A DNA stretch of 64,000 bases from an uncultured bacterium (GTDB taxonomy: Bacteria; Verrucomicrobiota; Verrucomicrobiia; CAIQCK01). The notes below the pieces were generated by a model, which had not been told where the DNA came from, did not search any database, and saw only the letters and a list, made by a program, of their open reading frames with translations. How positions within the stretch are numbered: position 1 is the stretch's first letter; the number at the start of each line of letters is the position of its first letter. The translations under genes and the position numbers were made by a program. Below are positions 9,504 to 19,831 of the stretch, piece after piece. The DNA is taken from positions 3,819 through 67,818 of the forward strand of contig CAIQCK010000103.1 in assembly GCA_903870275.1 (NCBI GenBank). The letters run 5' to 3'.

Positions 9504-9532
9504 TTGACATATAGAGAAAGTATCTATATGTT
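9504..9532 (+). promoter_or_regulatory. Sigma-70-like promoter candidate (TTGACA-N17-TATGTT) in an AT-rich patch
   Basis: TTGACA at 9504-9509, a 17-nt spacer, TATGTT at 9527-9532. It sits in the only AT-rich stretch of a 900-bp non-coding region. No protein gene follows for about 770 bp. Confidence 0.25.
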
Positions 9533-10015
9533 CTTCCCGCCATGAATTGGACCGGCACGCGGGCGCAGACCCTCCGGCCGGGAGCCGGCGGCGGCAACCC
9601 GGAGGCCGGCCCGAGCCATCCGCGGATGGTTGCGGGCACCGGCCTCGTGCCGCCATCCAAGACCCGGCCCGGCCCCACAAGCCGGATGGTGACGGGCCAG
9701 ACGCCGCCGGCATGGACCACGGACGATCTGGCGGCCACGCCGCCTCTTGATGGCCCCAAGCGCCAGAACCGCCCCCAACGCGGACGGCTGCGGCTGGTGG
9801 CGGGACGATCATCCTCCCCATCCATCATCTGGGTCAATTTTTCAAAACGAACCCATATGATGGCCCCGGTCCAACCTGGAAAACATCGTTTTCCCGAAGA
9901 AAACCCGGGGTTCGATGCCCGAGGGCCGGGGAATTCAAAAGGTGTTTTTACGAAACGAAGCCAAATGAAAGGAGGCTCATGTCAGGGAATGATACGGTTC
10001 GGAGTTGGCCTTGCC

Positions 10016-10162
10016 CGGTAGCGGCGGTAGCGGCAAAGCGTCTCCAACCCGCTCGCTCGGTCAAGGTTCGGTCAAAGCCAGTCAAAGTGAAAACGCCCAA
10101 AAATAATTTGGCCTAATCCGGGTTGATCCGGCTGCATCCGACCTGATCCGACTCAATCCAAC
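10016..10162. repeat. Three sets of phased short tandem repeats (putative cis-regulatory array)
   Basis: GGTAGCGGC x2 (10018-10035); GTCAARG x3 at 10060, 10071 and 10081; RATCCR x5 at exactly 10-bp spacing (10115, 10125, 10135, 10145, 10155). The array lies 140 bp upstream of the ATG at 10302. Confidence 0.45.
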
Positions 10163-10301
10163 AGAAACCGACCCAGTGAAACCCATGAAACATTGCAAAC
10201 GCACGATGGCTGTGGCGGCGGAACAAAACCAAATCATGCCACCGAAGGGCAAACATTTCACCGAGACTTTCTGGCTGGTTGCCATTAGGATGGCGCCCGA
10301 C

Positions 10302-10817
10302 ATGAAACGGCTTCTCATTCTGCTCCTGTTCGCCGCTGCCGTGTCCGTGGGCGCGGTGGAGGTGGATGTCACGCTCAAGAACGGCAAGAAGGTGACGGGC
10401 GGCGTGCTGGTTGATAACGACCGCGAGATCATCATCCTCGTGCAGGCGTCCAACGGCGTTTACCGGCAGACGATCAAGAAAGCCGACGTTGCTGGGGTCA
10501 AAGAGCACGCCGCGCCGAAAGCCGGGCCGCCCGGCCCCGCGGACGTGGCACGGCTGCAAAAGAGCATCAAGGCCGCCGAGGAGGACGTGCGCCGGCGCGA
10601 GGCGGAGATCCCCATTGCCCAGAAGGCGCTGGATGATTTCTACGGCAGCCACCCCGACGCCAAGGCGGCAACGCTGGACAGGGAGCGGAAGTTGCGTGCG
10701 CGACTGGCGACGACTCGAACGCAAGTGGATATCGCCCGCTCCAAACTCAACGCACTCACCTTGGACCTCGGAGCGATGAGCCGCCAGTTGACCGAGCCGC
10801 CGCCGCAGGCGAAGTGA
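10302..10817 (+). CDS. Hypothetical secreted protein (coiled-coil C-terminus)
   Basis: Starting from MKRLLILLLFAAAVSVGA (signal peptide), 171 aa. There is a lysine-rich beta region and then a helical segment, and no recognisable domain. The track ORF starts earlier at 10176, but the signal peptide argues for 10302. Confidence 0.5.
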   Translation: MKRLLILLLFAAAVSVGAVEVDVTLKNGKKVTGGVLVDNDREIIILVQASNGVYRQTIKKADVAGVKEHAAPKAGPPGPADVARLQKSIKAAEEDVRRREAEIPIAQKALDDFYGSHPDAKAATLDRERKLRARLATTRTQVDIARSKLNALTLDLGAMSRQLTEPPPQAK

Positions 10818-10839
10818 GGAAGCGGTGAGGCGAACCCTC

Positions 10840-11583
10840 TCAACCCTGCCGCCCTGCGGGAACTGTTCCCTTCAGAAGAACGCTGGTTCCCAGCGGCAAA
10901 GGAAGCCCCTTGTCCACCTGCAACAACGCGCGAAGGACGGCACTGGTGAACGGGTGGGTTTTGCTGTCGCCCGAATCGGCAAGCGGGTAGGCACGGCGCA
11001 AAATTCTGCTGTAGAGCAGGCAAACCGGGATCAGGGTGAATCCAAAATACCGCACTCGATCAACCACGACGGCACGGCCGACCGTTTGGCGCAACGAGCG
11101 GATGGAGTAGCGCCGGTAGTGCCCGAGGGATTCATCGTGAAAACCGAACAGCCATTGGCCCGCCGGCACGGTGAGCATCAAGAGGCCGCCGGGGCGCGCG
11201 CACGCGATCAATTTCTCCACGGCTTTCACATCGTCCCGGATATGCTCGATCACGTCGGTGGCGATCACGCAATCGTAGGGCTGGCTGACCTGAAGGTCTT
11301 CGATGGAGCAAACCTTGAACGTGCAACGGGGAATCGCCAGTGCCCCCGCCGTCTGCCTTGCCAGCTCGATATACTCGCGCGAAGGATCAACGCCCATGAC
11401 ATCGTGACCGGCTTCGGCCAGCAGGAACGACAGATCCCCCGAACCGCATCCCGCGTTCAAAATCCTCAGCGGCTTCGGCTCTGCGCCCAGCCATTCCAGG
11501 AGGATGCGATACTTCGTGTGCGCATACAAATCCCGCGAGCGCGCCAGCAAGTCTTGATACTGATAAGCGTTAAAGCCGTTCAT
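10840..11583 (-). CDS. Class I SAM-dependent methyltransferase (type 11/12 family)
   Basis: ILNAGCGSGDLS (motif I), DCVIATDVIEH and ARPGGLLMLTVP motifs. 247 aa. Confidence 0.8.
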   Translation of the reverse strand: MNGFNAYQYQDLLARSRDLYAHTKYRILLEWLGAEPKPLRILNAGCGSGDLSFLLAEAGHDVMGVDPSREYIELARQTAGALAIPRCTFKVCSIEDLQVSQPYDCVIATDVIEHIRDDVKAVEKLIACARPGGLLMLTVPAGQWLFGFHDESLGHYRRYSIRSLRQTVGRAVVVDRVRYFGFTLIPVCLLYSRILRRAYPLADSGDSKTHPFTSAVLRALLQVDKGLPLPLGTSVLLKGTVPAGRQG

Positions 11584-11622
11584 GGCTGAATTACCGGGCG
11601 ACCGGTTCTCGCGACGGTTGTC

Positions 11623-12369
11623 TCACCGATTATAGACTCCGCGGCGGCGATTATAGGCGATGGCGAGCACGTCGCAGAAGGTCCTCACGTTCCGCAAAAA
11701 ACCGGCCCGGGTCGTGCCGTAGTCATTGTTCCACGTGACCGGGATGTCATAAATCCGATACCCGTGAAGCCGGGCGATGGCCAGCAGTTCGACATCGAAC
11801 GCAAATCCGGCGACGGTTTGCCGGCTGAAGACCGTCGTGGCGGCCGCGCGCGAAAAACACTTGAACCCGCACTGGCTGTCCTTGATCCCCGGAAGGACCA
11901 GCCACTGGTAGAACCATCGGAACAAAGCAGCGCCGAACCGGCGGAAAAGCGGGATGTGTTGGACCAGCACGGTGGAGGCGTTGGTCCGGGATGCAATCAC
12001 CACGTCGGCGCCGTTGGCCATCAGCGGCAGCACCTTTTCCATCTCCAGCAATCGCGTCGCATTGTCGGCGTCCATGAACATGATGAGGTCGTGCCGGGCC
12101 AGACTAACGCCATGTTTCACCGAGGCGCCTTTGCCGGCCGGGCCGGGATTCCAATGCGCCTTCATGTTGGGATGCGCCTTCAACAACTCCGCCATCGGCT
12201 CCATGTCTTCGTGCGTCGTCGCTTCGCCGACGAGGAGGACTTCCCAGGGCGCGCTCCATCGCTTGAGATAATCCAATACGTCCTCCAGCGTCCGGGCCAG
12301 TTGAACTCCCTCGTGGAAGAACGGAATGATCACTGAGAGCGAGGGTCGTTGCGGCATGGCGGGTGGCAT
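11623..12369 (-). CDS. Family 2 glycosyltransferase (dolichyl-phosphate mannose synthase-like)
   Basis: SVIIPFFHE ... DADN ... QCGFKCF. These are typical GT2 (GT-A fold) motifs, including the DxD-like DAD and the QxxRW-like region. The alternative start at 12357 is equally plausible. Confidence 0.8.
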   Translation of the reverse strand: MPPAMPQRPSLSVIIPFFHEGVQLARTLEDVLDYLKRWSAPWEVLLVGEATTHEDMEPMAELLKAHPNMKAHWNPGPAGKGASVKHGVSLARHDLIMFMDADNATRLLEMEKVLPLMANGADVVIASRTNASTVLVQHIPLFRRFGAALFRWFYQWLVLPGIKDSQCGFKCFSRAAATTVFSRQTVAGFAFDVELLAIARLHGYRIYDIPVTWNNDYGTTRAGFLRNVRTFCDVLAIAYNRRRGVYNR

Positions 12370-12690
12370 GAACTAAAGCAAGCCTCTCAGGAACTCGATG
12401 TCTCCACGCTCGGCGTGTTTCATGGGTTATATGTTCGTCCATCCTGGAGTTGGCGCAAGAACATTTATCGCACCGCCCCCGACCCGACTCCGGCTGATTC
12501 GATTGCGCACACAAGCTCTCCCAAAAGCATCCGGGCAAATGAACCACCCGCGTCCTCTGCATCACCGCGCACCCATCGCCATGCGGCTCCGAAGCCGGCG
12601 TCCAGCCGGCGTCAGGGTCCGCTTGCAAAACTTTCCGCCGCGTGTAGAATGCTCCCGTCTGCAAACGGCCAAACCGAAAAGGAGCGCAGC

Positions 12691-13527
12691 ATGAACAACA
12701 CTCTAATGACGTGGAAAGACACGCTTGTGGATTTCCTCATCCGCAAGGGGTTCGACATCCTTGGCGCAATTGTCATCCTCATCATCAGCGCGATCCTGGC
12801 GCGCTGGCTTGGCAAGCAGATCGAGAACTGGCTCGCGAAGCAAAAGATGGAGTTGCCCATTCGCACGCTCATCGTGCGCGTCGTCAAGATGCTGGTGTTC
12901 GTGCTGGCCGGCGTGCTGGTGCTCGAGAAACTGGGCGTGGCGATCGGGCCGATGATCGCGGGCATCGGCGTGGCCGGCGCGGGCATCGCGCTGGCGCTGC
13001 AAGGCGTGCTGAGCAACGTCACCGCCGGGTTGCAGCTCATTCTCACCAAACGTTTCCACGTCGGCGAATACATTGAAATCCTCGGCGAGCGCGGACAAGT
13101 CCACAACATCGAGTTATTCTCCATGGTACTGATCCGGCCGGACGGGTCGCGGGCCGTCATCCCCAACAGAAAGATCATCGGCGAGATTTTTCACAACTAC
13201 GGCACAACCCGGCAAGCCAGCCTCAGCGTCGGCGTGGCTTACGATTCGGACATCCCTCTGGTGTTCTCCACGATTCGCGAAGTGCTTGACGCCAACCCGC
13301 GCGTCATGAAAGACCCCGCGGCGGGCATCGGCATCGCCTCGCTGGGTGAGAGCGCCATCAACATCGGCATTTCGCCCTGGGTCACTTTGCAGGATTACGG
13401 AGCGGCCCAGGAGGAAATTTACAAGGTCCTCATCGAGAAGTTCCGAGAGAAGCGCATCGTAATCCCGTGCCCCCGACGCGACGTCCGATTGTTGAACACG
13501 CCGGCGGGCGGCGCGGCCGCGGCGTAA
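12691..13527 (+). CDS. Small-conductance mechanosensitive channel (MscS family)
   Basis: AAAAGGAG Shine-Dalgarno 8 nt upstream of ATG 12691. Three transmembrane helices, then the MscS beta-domain (GEYIEILGERGQVHNIELFSMVLIRPDGSRAVIPN). Confidence 0.8.
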   Translation: MNNTLMTWKDTLVDFLIRKGFDILGAIVILIISAILARWLGKQIENWLAKQKMELPIRTLIVRVVKMLVFVLAGVLVLEKLGVAIGPMIAGIGVAGAGIALALQGVLSNVTAGLQLILTKRFHVGEYIEILGERGQVHNIELFSMVLIRPDGSRAVIPNRKIIGEIFHNYGTTRQASLSVGVAYDSDIPLVFSTIREVLDANPRVMKDPAAGIGIASLGESAINIGISPWVTLQDYGAAQEEIYKVLIEKFREKRIVIPCPRRDVRLLNTPAGGAAAA

Positions 13528-13575
13528 GCTGAAGCGGAATTCATCGTGCAAAAACTCACGGGCGGTTCCCGCGCG

Positions 13576-14769
13576 TCACTCGCTCTTCTCAATCGGCTCA
13601 AAAAGTCCGAGCACGCTGGTGAAGCCGTGCACGAAGACCTTGTCGCCGACGGGGCCGATCTCGCCGTTGCAGAAAAATCCCGCCAGCGGCAACGCGCCGA
13701 GTTTCTCGTGAATGAGGCTCACGTCGTGGTTCGGCAGGCCGAACAGATTTTCGCCGCGACCGAGGCAGGAAAACAGCAGCGCGCCCTGCGGCGGGCTTTT
13801 CGCAAGCGCGGTTTTCTGCCGCTCGATCAACTCGCGCAGGTCTTCGTTGGCGGTGGCGCCGTCGCGCAGCTGGAATTGGATCGTCTGCCCGGAATGAATC
13901 TCCCGGTCGCCAATGGCGATGGCGCCGTTGTTCGGGTCGAGACCGACGATGTTGCGGATGAGGAAATCGCCGCGATGGAACTCGGCCTGATACTCGTTGA
14001 TGACACGGCCGACAAACAGCGCCTGCTGCGCCAGTTGCCGGTCCTGTTCGGAGAGCGCCTTGAGCGTTTCCTGCAACGCCACCACGGGCGGCTGGTTGGC
14101 CAGTTCGACGATGACGTTGCGCTGCGCTTTGGTGATGATGAGGGGTTCGCCGATGGGCCGGCAACCCTGGCTGACAATCACGCGCAACCGCACCGGTCCC
14201 ATCAGTGCCACGCCGACCGCGCCGCTGTCGTAAACCTTTTCGCCAATCCAGACGCGGTTCTCGCCGGCCTGCCGCGCGCCGCTGGCCAGCCCGCCGATAA
14301 TCGGACGGCCCGGATACGCCGCGCCGAGTTCCTCCACCGCGCGCGTGGCGTCCATGCTGAAAGGGTCAGGCAAAAAGATGAATGACGCCTCGTCCTCCGG
14401 TCCGACGCCCAGTTCCGAATGCCAGAAGGCCGGGCCGTTGGATTCCTCCACCTGTTCCTGCGTGATGCGAAACGGTTCGACGGTCACGCCGGGCATCGAA
14501 ACCGCCCAGAGCGCGATGGCGACTGATCCCTCCACTTCGCGATCCGCGCCGATGATGCCGCCGCCGGTGCAGCCGACAAGCCGCCGCGCGCCAACCCGGA
14601 GGTGAACGTCCTCGATGAGGTCCGGCAGCACATCCACAAAACGCGGCGAAACGAACAGCAAGGCAAGGTCCACCTTGGCCGCGCCAAGCTGCGCGCGCAC
14701 TTGCTCGCACAACTCAACAGCCGCCTTGCCGGCGTCGCGTTCGACGGATATGGCCGCGGAGAACTTCAT
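13576..14769 (-). CDS. FIST domain (FIST_N/FIST_C) sensory protein
   Basis: 397 aa from MKFSAAIS. It has the FIST-type architecture with no transmembrane region. The start was moved to the internal ATG at 14769. Confidence 0.65.
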   Translation of the reverse strand: MKFSAAISVERDAGKAAVELCEQVRAQLGAAKVDLALLFVSPRFVDVLPDLIEDVHLRVGARRLVGCTGGGIIGADREVEGSVAIALWAVSMPGVTVEPFRITQEQVEESNGPAFWHSELGVGPEDEASFIFLPDPFSMDATRAVEELGAAYPGRPIIGGLASGARQAGENRVWIGEKVYDSGAVGVALMGPVRLRVIVSQGCRPIGEPLIITKAQRNVIVELANQPPVVALQETLKALSEQDRQLAQQALFVGRVINEYQAEFHRGDFLIRNIVGLDPNNGAIAIGDREIHSGQTIQFQLRDGATANEDLRELIERQKTALAKSPPQGALLFSCLGRGENLFGLPNHDVSLIHEKLGALPLAGFFCNGEIGPVGDKVFVHGFTSVLGLFEPIEKSE

Positions 14770-14811
14770 CCGCTGTAAAATGCGCGCCCCTTGCCCTTCG
14801 CGCAAGCTCTT

Positions 14812-16281
14812 TCAAGGAAACACGTCCTCGCCCGTTTTCCCCGGCATGACGAGCGCCCCATGCACGCAGTCCGGCCGCGCATACAACATGCAGCCTTTGT
14901 CGCTGTAAAGGCGCGACCATTTTAGCTCGTTCACAATCTCCTGCTCTCGCGGCCAGCCGCGCGGCACGAGCGCGAAGTCCGTGGGGTAATCGGACAGCAG
15001 CCGCCGCCAGCCCGCTCGGCCCATCGAGAAGTCCAGCGAACAACGCACCGCGTCGCGCGTGAACACCGTCACATGGCGGCCGTCGGCGGACATGCGGCAT
15101 TGGCCGTGCAGCTTCCACACGACAAACTCGCCCCACGGAAACCAGATGGCGAGATTGCCGCGAAGGCCATTGGCCTTCATGAACTCGACGCCGCCGACCG
15201 GATAATAGATGCCACCGGCGTGGGGACTGCCCGGCACGCGCAGATGCCACGGCGCGCTGCGAAGCCACAAACCAAAAACGAGCGCCGCGATAACCAGCGC
15301 GCCAACGGGCACGATGCGCTGCGCCGCCGCCGTCTCCGCTCGCGGCCAGCGCTGGCGCAGGCGGGCCGCCCACCGTTCCATCACCGGCGGCAACAAAGCG
15401 ACGGCGCCAATGGCCAGCAACGGTATCTGCCGGTTCTGGCGTGTGCCCATGACGGCGAACAGCGCGAGCACCATCCACCGCCGCACATCACGCTCGCGGG
15501 CCGCCAGCAAAACGGCGAACGCCAGAAAGACGAGGATTTGAAACTCCGGATAGTTGTTGGTAAACCAGGCAACCGACTGCCACTCGGTGATGTCCTTGTT
15601 GGGGTCGCGGAGCGTTTCCCAAACCATCGCCCAGTAGTTCGCGTGATAAGGATTGACCAGCGTCGCCGCGGCGCAGGTGGCCGTGATGAGAGCGAGCCGT
15701 TTCGCCGTCGCCAGTTCGCGCCACGATCCAACCGTCCACATGCCCATCAGCACGAGTCCGATCAGCACCCCGGCATGCAGGTTGACCCACAACACGAAGA
15801 AGGCGGGCATCCACCACCACGCGCGCCCACAGCGGAGCCACGCCAGCAGCATCGCCACGAACAGAAAGGAAAACATCGTCTGCCGAAACGGCATCGCACC
15901 GACAGCCAATGAAGGAATGGCGCACGCGACAACCAGAAGCGTCACCAATGCCGACGCGCCCTCGCGCCGCGCCGCGCGATACGCCACCACGAACGTGCCG
16001 ATCATCAGCGCCAGCGTCAGCCCGCGCGCCGCCGCGCCGCCGCCCCAGACGAACAGCGGATAGGTCAGCGCGTTGCTCAGCCAATGGTGGCACACCCACG
16101 ATCCCGTCGGCAGGTAGGAGTCCGCGTCCACGCGGGGCGCGCCGCCGGTGTCCCACACGAGTTTGCCTTCCGAGAGATAACCCCAGAGATCATAGGTGGC
16201 GATGTAACCGCTGAGATAGACCAGCGCAATGCTCCAGACCAGCGCGTGGGCGGCAATGACGAGCAGGCGTTCGCGATTCAT
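14812..16281 (-). CDS. Polytopic membrane protein, putative GT-C-type glycosyltransferase
   Basis: From MNRERLLVIAAHALVWSIALVY: about 12 predicted transmembrane helices with periplasmic loops rich in W and Y. The start was chosen at the ATG at 16281. The upstream 110 codons of the track ORF are low complexity. It lies upstream of the FIST gene in the same orientation. Confidence 0.5.
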   Translation of the reverse strand: MNRERLLVIAAHALVWSIALVYLSGYIATYDLWGYLSEGKLVWDTGGAPRVDADSYLPTGSWVCHHWLSNALTYPLFVWGGGAAARGLTLALMIGTFVVAYRAARREGASALVTLLVVACAIPSLAVGAMPFRQTMFSFLFVAMLLAWLRCGRAWWWMPAFFVLWVNLHAGVLIGLVLMGMWTVGSWRELATAKRLALITATCAAATLVNPYHANYWAMVWETLRDPNKDITEWQSVAWFTNNYPEFQILVFLAFAVLLAARERDVRRWMVLALFAVMGTRQNRQIPLLAIGAVALLPPVMERWAARLRQRWPRAETAAAQRIVPVGALVIAALVFGLWLRSAPWHLRVPGSPHAGGIYYPVGGVEFMKANGLRGNLAIWFPWGEFVVWKLHGQCRMSADGRHVTVFTRDAVRCSLDFSMGRAGWRRLLSDYPTDFALVPRGWPREQEIVNELKWSRLYSDKGCMLYARPDCVHGALVMPGKTGEDVFP

Positions 16282-16503
16282 GGGCGCGTGAGGACAATCG
16301 CGGCTTTCACTCATTGGCACAGCACGGCGGCGGGCGAAACGCCCAACGTCGCCTCGAAGATGTTGAAAACCAAGACGGCGAGCTTGACGTGCATCGTGCA
16401 AAGGATAGCCGCCCGCCGCATGCTTCGTCAACGTTACGTCGGACACCGTCGTCCGCAAAGAAAAACGCCTTGACAGAAAAATGCGGGGGTCGAGGATGAA
16501 CAC

Positions 16504-18084
16504 GTGAACGGCATGGCACGATTGCAGCGGCGGGACTGGGGCATTGCTGCATTGATCTTCCTGGCGAGCGCCGCGATACGCATCCCGTTTCGCAGTGAAC
16601 TGGCTTATCATTGGGATTGCATCGAGTTCTCACTGGGGATCAGCGACTACAACATGCTTCTCAACCAGCCGCATCCGCCCGGTTATTTTCTTTTTGTGAT
16701 GCTGGGCCGGCTGGTGAATCTGTGGCTGGGCGACCCGCACGCGAGCCTGGTGTGGGTCAGTCTTGTCGCGGGCGCGGCCGTGGCGGGCGGCGGTTATCTG
16801 CTGGGCACGTCGCTTTTCGGCCGGGCTTGCGGCGCAGCCACCGCCGTGATTCTGGCCACCGGCCCGACGTGCTGGTTCCACGGCGAGGTGGCCATGGCCA
16901 CGATGCTGGATTCCGCGCTGACACTGGCGACGGTGCTCGTGTGCCTGTGGGCCATCCACCGGGGCGGCGCGTGGTGGCAGGTGGCGCTCATGTCCCTGTC
17001 GCTGGCGCTGGTGGCATCCAACCGGGGCCACGTGGCCATCACCCTGGTGCCGTTCTGGCTTTACACGTTTTACCGGCTGCAACCACCCCGCGGGCTGAAG
17101 TTGCTGGCGGGGTTGCTGATGACCGCCGTCTTCTGTCTGGCATGGCTGGCGGCGTTGGCACACCTCTGCGGCGGCTTTGACGTTTACCTCGGCTGTTCCA
17201 TCCGCATGTGGCGGCGGCTGGGCGAGTATATGCCCTGGGGCTCGGGCATGTTCCAGGTGGTCGCCAGCGCGATGCAAATGGCGGCCTGTTGCTGGACGGG
17301 CTTGCTGCTGGCGGCCGTCATTGCGATCATCGAATTGGTGCGGTGGGCGATGTTTCAATCGCGTGAAAACAAAATCCGGTTCTTCGCGCAGCACCGCGAA
17401 TCATTGCTGCTATTGGCTTTTTGGCTGGGGCCGCAGGTGGCGTGCGGTTTGTTTGTGTTCTTCACGACCTCGCCCGGCCACGTGCTGAGTTACTTCCCGG
17501 TGCTGGCCGTGCTGGCTGGACTGGCGTTGTGCCGGGCCGCCGGCGGTCTCGGTGGAGAACGCCCTGCCGGCGGACTGAAATGGCCGGTTTTGTTTGCCGT
17601 GCTGGGCGCCGTCGCGCTGGTCAACGCGGGCGTCTTTATCTTCCAACCCAGAGGGTCGTTCGCGCTGCCGCTCACCTCGGCGCAACGCCGGCAGGACGAG
17701 CAACAACTCAAATCCTATTTCAAAACAATCCGCTCCGGTTATCCGCCGGAGACAACGTGGATTTGTCATTATGGCGAGTTTTTGTACTGTGGTTTTCAGC
17801 ACTTCGCGTATTACATGCCGGAGTATCACAACGTGTTGCTGGAGCGCGACCGGGCCTTGCCCAAACCCTACTCGGAAGAATTCTGGGTGAGCCACCAAAG
17901 ACACCTGACGTTTATCGAGCGTCTGGAGTGTCCGCCGGGCGTGACGCGTCTGTTGCTGGTGGTGCCGCCGCCCTGGTCGCTCGATTCCCTGTTCGCGCGG
18001 TTTTTTGACCTCGCCAAAGCGCGCCCGGTGCCGGGAACAGCGGGCATGTTGTTCGAGCTGCCCGTCGAGATCGCCCGCCCATGA
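16504..18084 (+). CDS. GT-C family membrane glycosyltransferase (ArnT/PMT_2-like)
   Basis: 526 aa, with transmembrane helices along the whole length. The N-terminal region resembles the dolichyl-phosphate-mannose/ArnT glycosyltransferase family (PGYFLFVMLG, a periplasmic loop after transmembrane helix 1). It is divergent from the preceding membrane protein. Confidence 0.55.
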   Translation: MNGMARLQRRDWGIAALIFLASAAIRIPFRSELAYHWDCIEFSLGISDYNMLLNQPHPPGYFLFVMLGRLVNLWLGDPHASLVWVSLVAGAAVAGGGYLLGTSLFGRACGAATAVILATGPTCWFHGEVAMATMLDSALTLATVLVCLWAIHRGGAWWQVALMSLSLALVASNRGHVAITLVPFWLYTFYRLQPPRGLKLLAGLLMTAVFCLAWLAALAHLCGGFDVYLGCSIRMWRRLGEYMPWGSGMFQVVASAMQMAACCWTGLLLAAVIAIIELVRWAMFQSRENKIRFFAQHRESLLLLAFWLGPQVACGLFVFFTTSPGHVLSYFPVLAVLAGLALCRAAGGLGGERPAGGLKWPVLFAVLGAVALVNAGVFIFQPRGSFALPLTSAQRRQDEQQLKSYFKTIRSGYPPETTWICHYGEFLYCGFQHFAYYMPEYHNVLLERDRALPKPYSEEFWVSHQRHLTFIERLECPPGVTRLLLVVPPPWSLDSLFARFFDLAKARPVPGTAGMLFELPVEIARP

Positions 18085-18112
18085 AGCCGGCCAGGCAACC
18101 GGCCGGCACGAA

Positions 18113-19675
18113 TCACTGCTTGCTTCGGTAGGAGCCAACCACCAGGTCGCTGATGAACCGCTCCGGGTTTTCCACGGCGGCGCGCGTCAGGATGAATTCG
18201 TTCTGGCCGGAGTTTTTCTTGATCAGCCGCAGGCCAAACTCAAAGTCCTTGAACAACTCATCGCAGAAGTCGCGCACCGGACGCTGCGCGGCGAGCGCCC
18301 GCTCCACGACGGCTTCGACACCGTCCGGATCAAAGCCGAGTGTCAACTCGTGTTTCCGGCTGAACCGCTCCGCCCACTGCCGCGCCAGCATGCGCGCCAC
18401 GATCTGCGGCTCATAGTTCGGATCGGCGAGCAGTTTCTCCAGCTCGCGCGCCGGGTTCTCGATCACCTCCGCGGTGACAACAAAACTGCGGACACTGCTC
18501 GATGGCAGATGAAACTTGAACTCGCGCAACGCCCGCTCGCAAACCGTCAGCAGCGCGCGCGCGCCGGTCCGCTCGGTCGCCGCCTGCCGGGCAATGGCGC
18601 GCAAGCCCTCCTCCGCAAAGAGCACGTCAATGCCGAACGCGCGGAAACTCTGCTCATACTGGTGGATCACCGAGCCTTCGCTCTGCCTGAGAATGGCGAA
18701 CAGGTCGTCCTCGGCCAGTTCGTCGCACACGACGCGCACGGGCAGCCGGCCGACGAACTCCGGCTCGAAGCCGAACTGGATGAGGTCCTCCGTCGTCGCT
18801 TTTCGCAACAGGTCGCCGCGGGGAATCTCGCCGCGGATTTTCGCGCCGAAGCCGATCTGCGCCTCGCGCAGCCTCGATCGGGCGATGTCCTCGAGTTTGT
18901 CGAAGGCACCGCTGACGATGAAGAGGATGTGGCGGGTGTTGATGGTCTGCCGCTTGATCTTGCCGTGGCGCTGAAATTCCATCGCCGCCTGGAGCTGGCC
19001 GGTGAGGTCGGTCTGCGAACGCAGCGGCACCTCGGTTTCCTCCATCAGCTTCAGGAGGTTGCTCTGCACGCCACGGCCGGAGACGTCGCGGCCGATGTTC
19101 TGCGCGGCGGCGGCGATCTTGTCAATCTCGTCCACGTAGATGATGCCGTATTGGGCGAGCTTGACGTTGCCGTCGGCGCGCGCGACCAGCTCGCGCACGA
19201 GGTCCTCGACGTCGCCGCCGACGTAGCCGGTCTCGCTGAACTTGGTGGCGTCGCCTTTGACAAACGGCACGCCGATGAGCTGGGCGATGCAGCGGATGAG
19301 GTAGGTCTTGCCCACGCCGGTCGGCCCGATGAGCACCACGTTCTGCTTGTGATACTCGTGGGTGGCGCGGCCGGTCTCGGCGAGCTTGACGTGGTTGTAG
19401 TGGTCGCACACGGCGATGGAGAGAACTTTCTTGGCCTCGTCCTGCCGGATGACGAACCGGTCGAGATGGGCCTTGATGTCCTTGGGCTTGAAGTTGAAAT
19501 CGAACGTGAGCGGCTTCTCCTCGGCGGCCTCGCCGGGTTCGTCGGTGGCAGCCCTCTCCGGCTGGTTCGGGACGCTGACGAAGACAGCCTTGTCGCCAAA
19601 CTGCTGTTTCATGAAATCGGAGAGTTTCTTCTGCACCTCTTCCGGCGTCGGCGAATTGTTCGCTTGTGGTTTCAT
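18113..19675 (-). CDS. ClpX-like AAA+ ATPase lacking the N-terminal zinc-binding domain, with C-terminal extension
   Basis: ClpX signature blocks: [11 protein letters not shown] (Walker A), [12 protein letters not shown] (Walker B), [42 protein letters not shown] (sensor 2). There is no C4 zinc finger at the N-terminus. About 120 extra residues follow the sensor-2 region. The start is the ATG at 19675. Confidence 0.8.
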   Translation of the reverse strand: MKPQANNSPTPEEVQKKLSDFMKQQFGDKAVFVSVPNQPERAATDEPGEAAEEKPLTFDFNFKPKDIKAHLDRFVIRQDEAKKVLSIAVCDHYNHVKLAETGRATHEYHKQNVVLIGPTGVGKTYLIRCIAQLIGVPFVKGDATKFSETGYVGGDVEDLVRELVARADGNVKLAQYGIIYVDEIDKIAAAAQNIGRDVSGRGVQSNLLKLMEETEVPLRSQTDLTGQLQAAMEFQRHGKIKRQTINTRHILFIVSGAFDKLEDIARSRLREAQIGFGAKIRGEIPRGDLLRKATTEDLIQFGFEPEFVGRLPVRVVCDELAEDDLFAILRQSEGSVIHQYEQSFRAFGIDVLFAEEGLRAIARQAATERTGARALLTVCERALREFKFHLPSSSVRSFVVTAEVIENPARELEKLLADPNYEPQIVARMLARQWAERFSRKHELTLGFDPDGVEAVVERALAAQRPVRDFCDELFKDFEFGLRLIKKNSGQNEFILTRAAVENPERFISDLVVGSYRSKQ

Positions 19676-19831
19676 CGCGGCCGAATATACACGGCGGGAA
19701 TAGTGGTTGCACCGCCATTCCGCGCGCGGGCGGGCCATGCCGCTCCAAACACACCGTAAATTTCCGCTGGCCCGGCGCACTTCCTGTTTGACGCGTTTCC
19801 CTTGGGTTTGCTAAAAGCCACATGCGCTTTT

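Noticed and set aside
9542-10021. 159-aa ORF in the long intergenic region
   Set aside because: Pro/Gly/Arg-rich low-complexity translation with no Shine-Dalgarno and no motifs. More likely non-coding. The short Shine-Dalgarno-preceded ORF at 9979 was kept only as a low-confidence observation.
9540-10200. Possible RNase P RNA, tmRNA or tRNA in the GC-rich non-coding stretch
   Set aside because: A fragment ACAGAAACCGACC loosely resembles the RNase P 3' region, but the P4 GGAAAGTCCGG core is absent on both strands. There is no tmRNA tag ORF ending in ALAA, and the GGTTCGATGCC segment does not form a proper T-arm.
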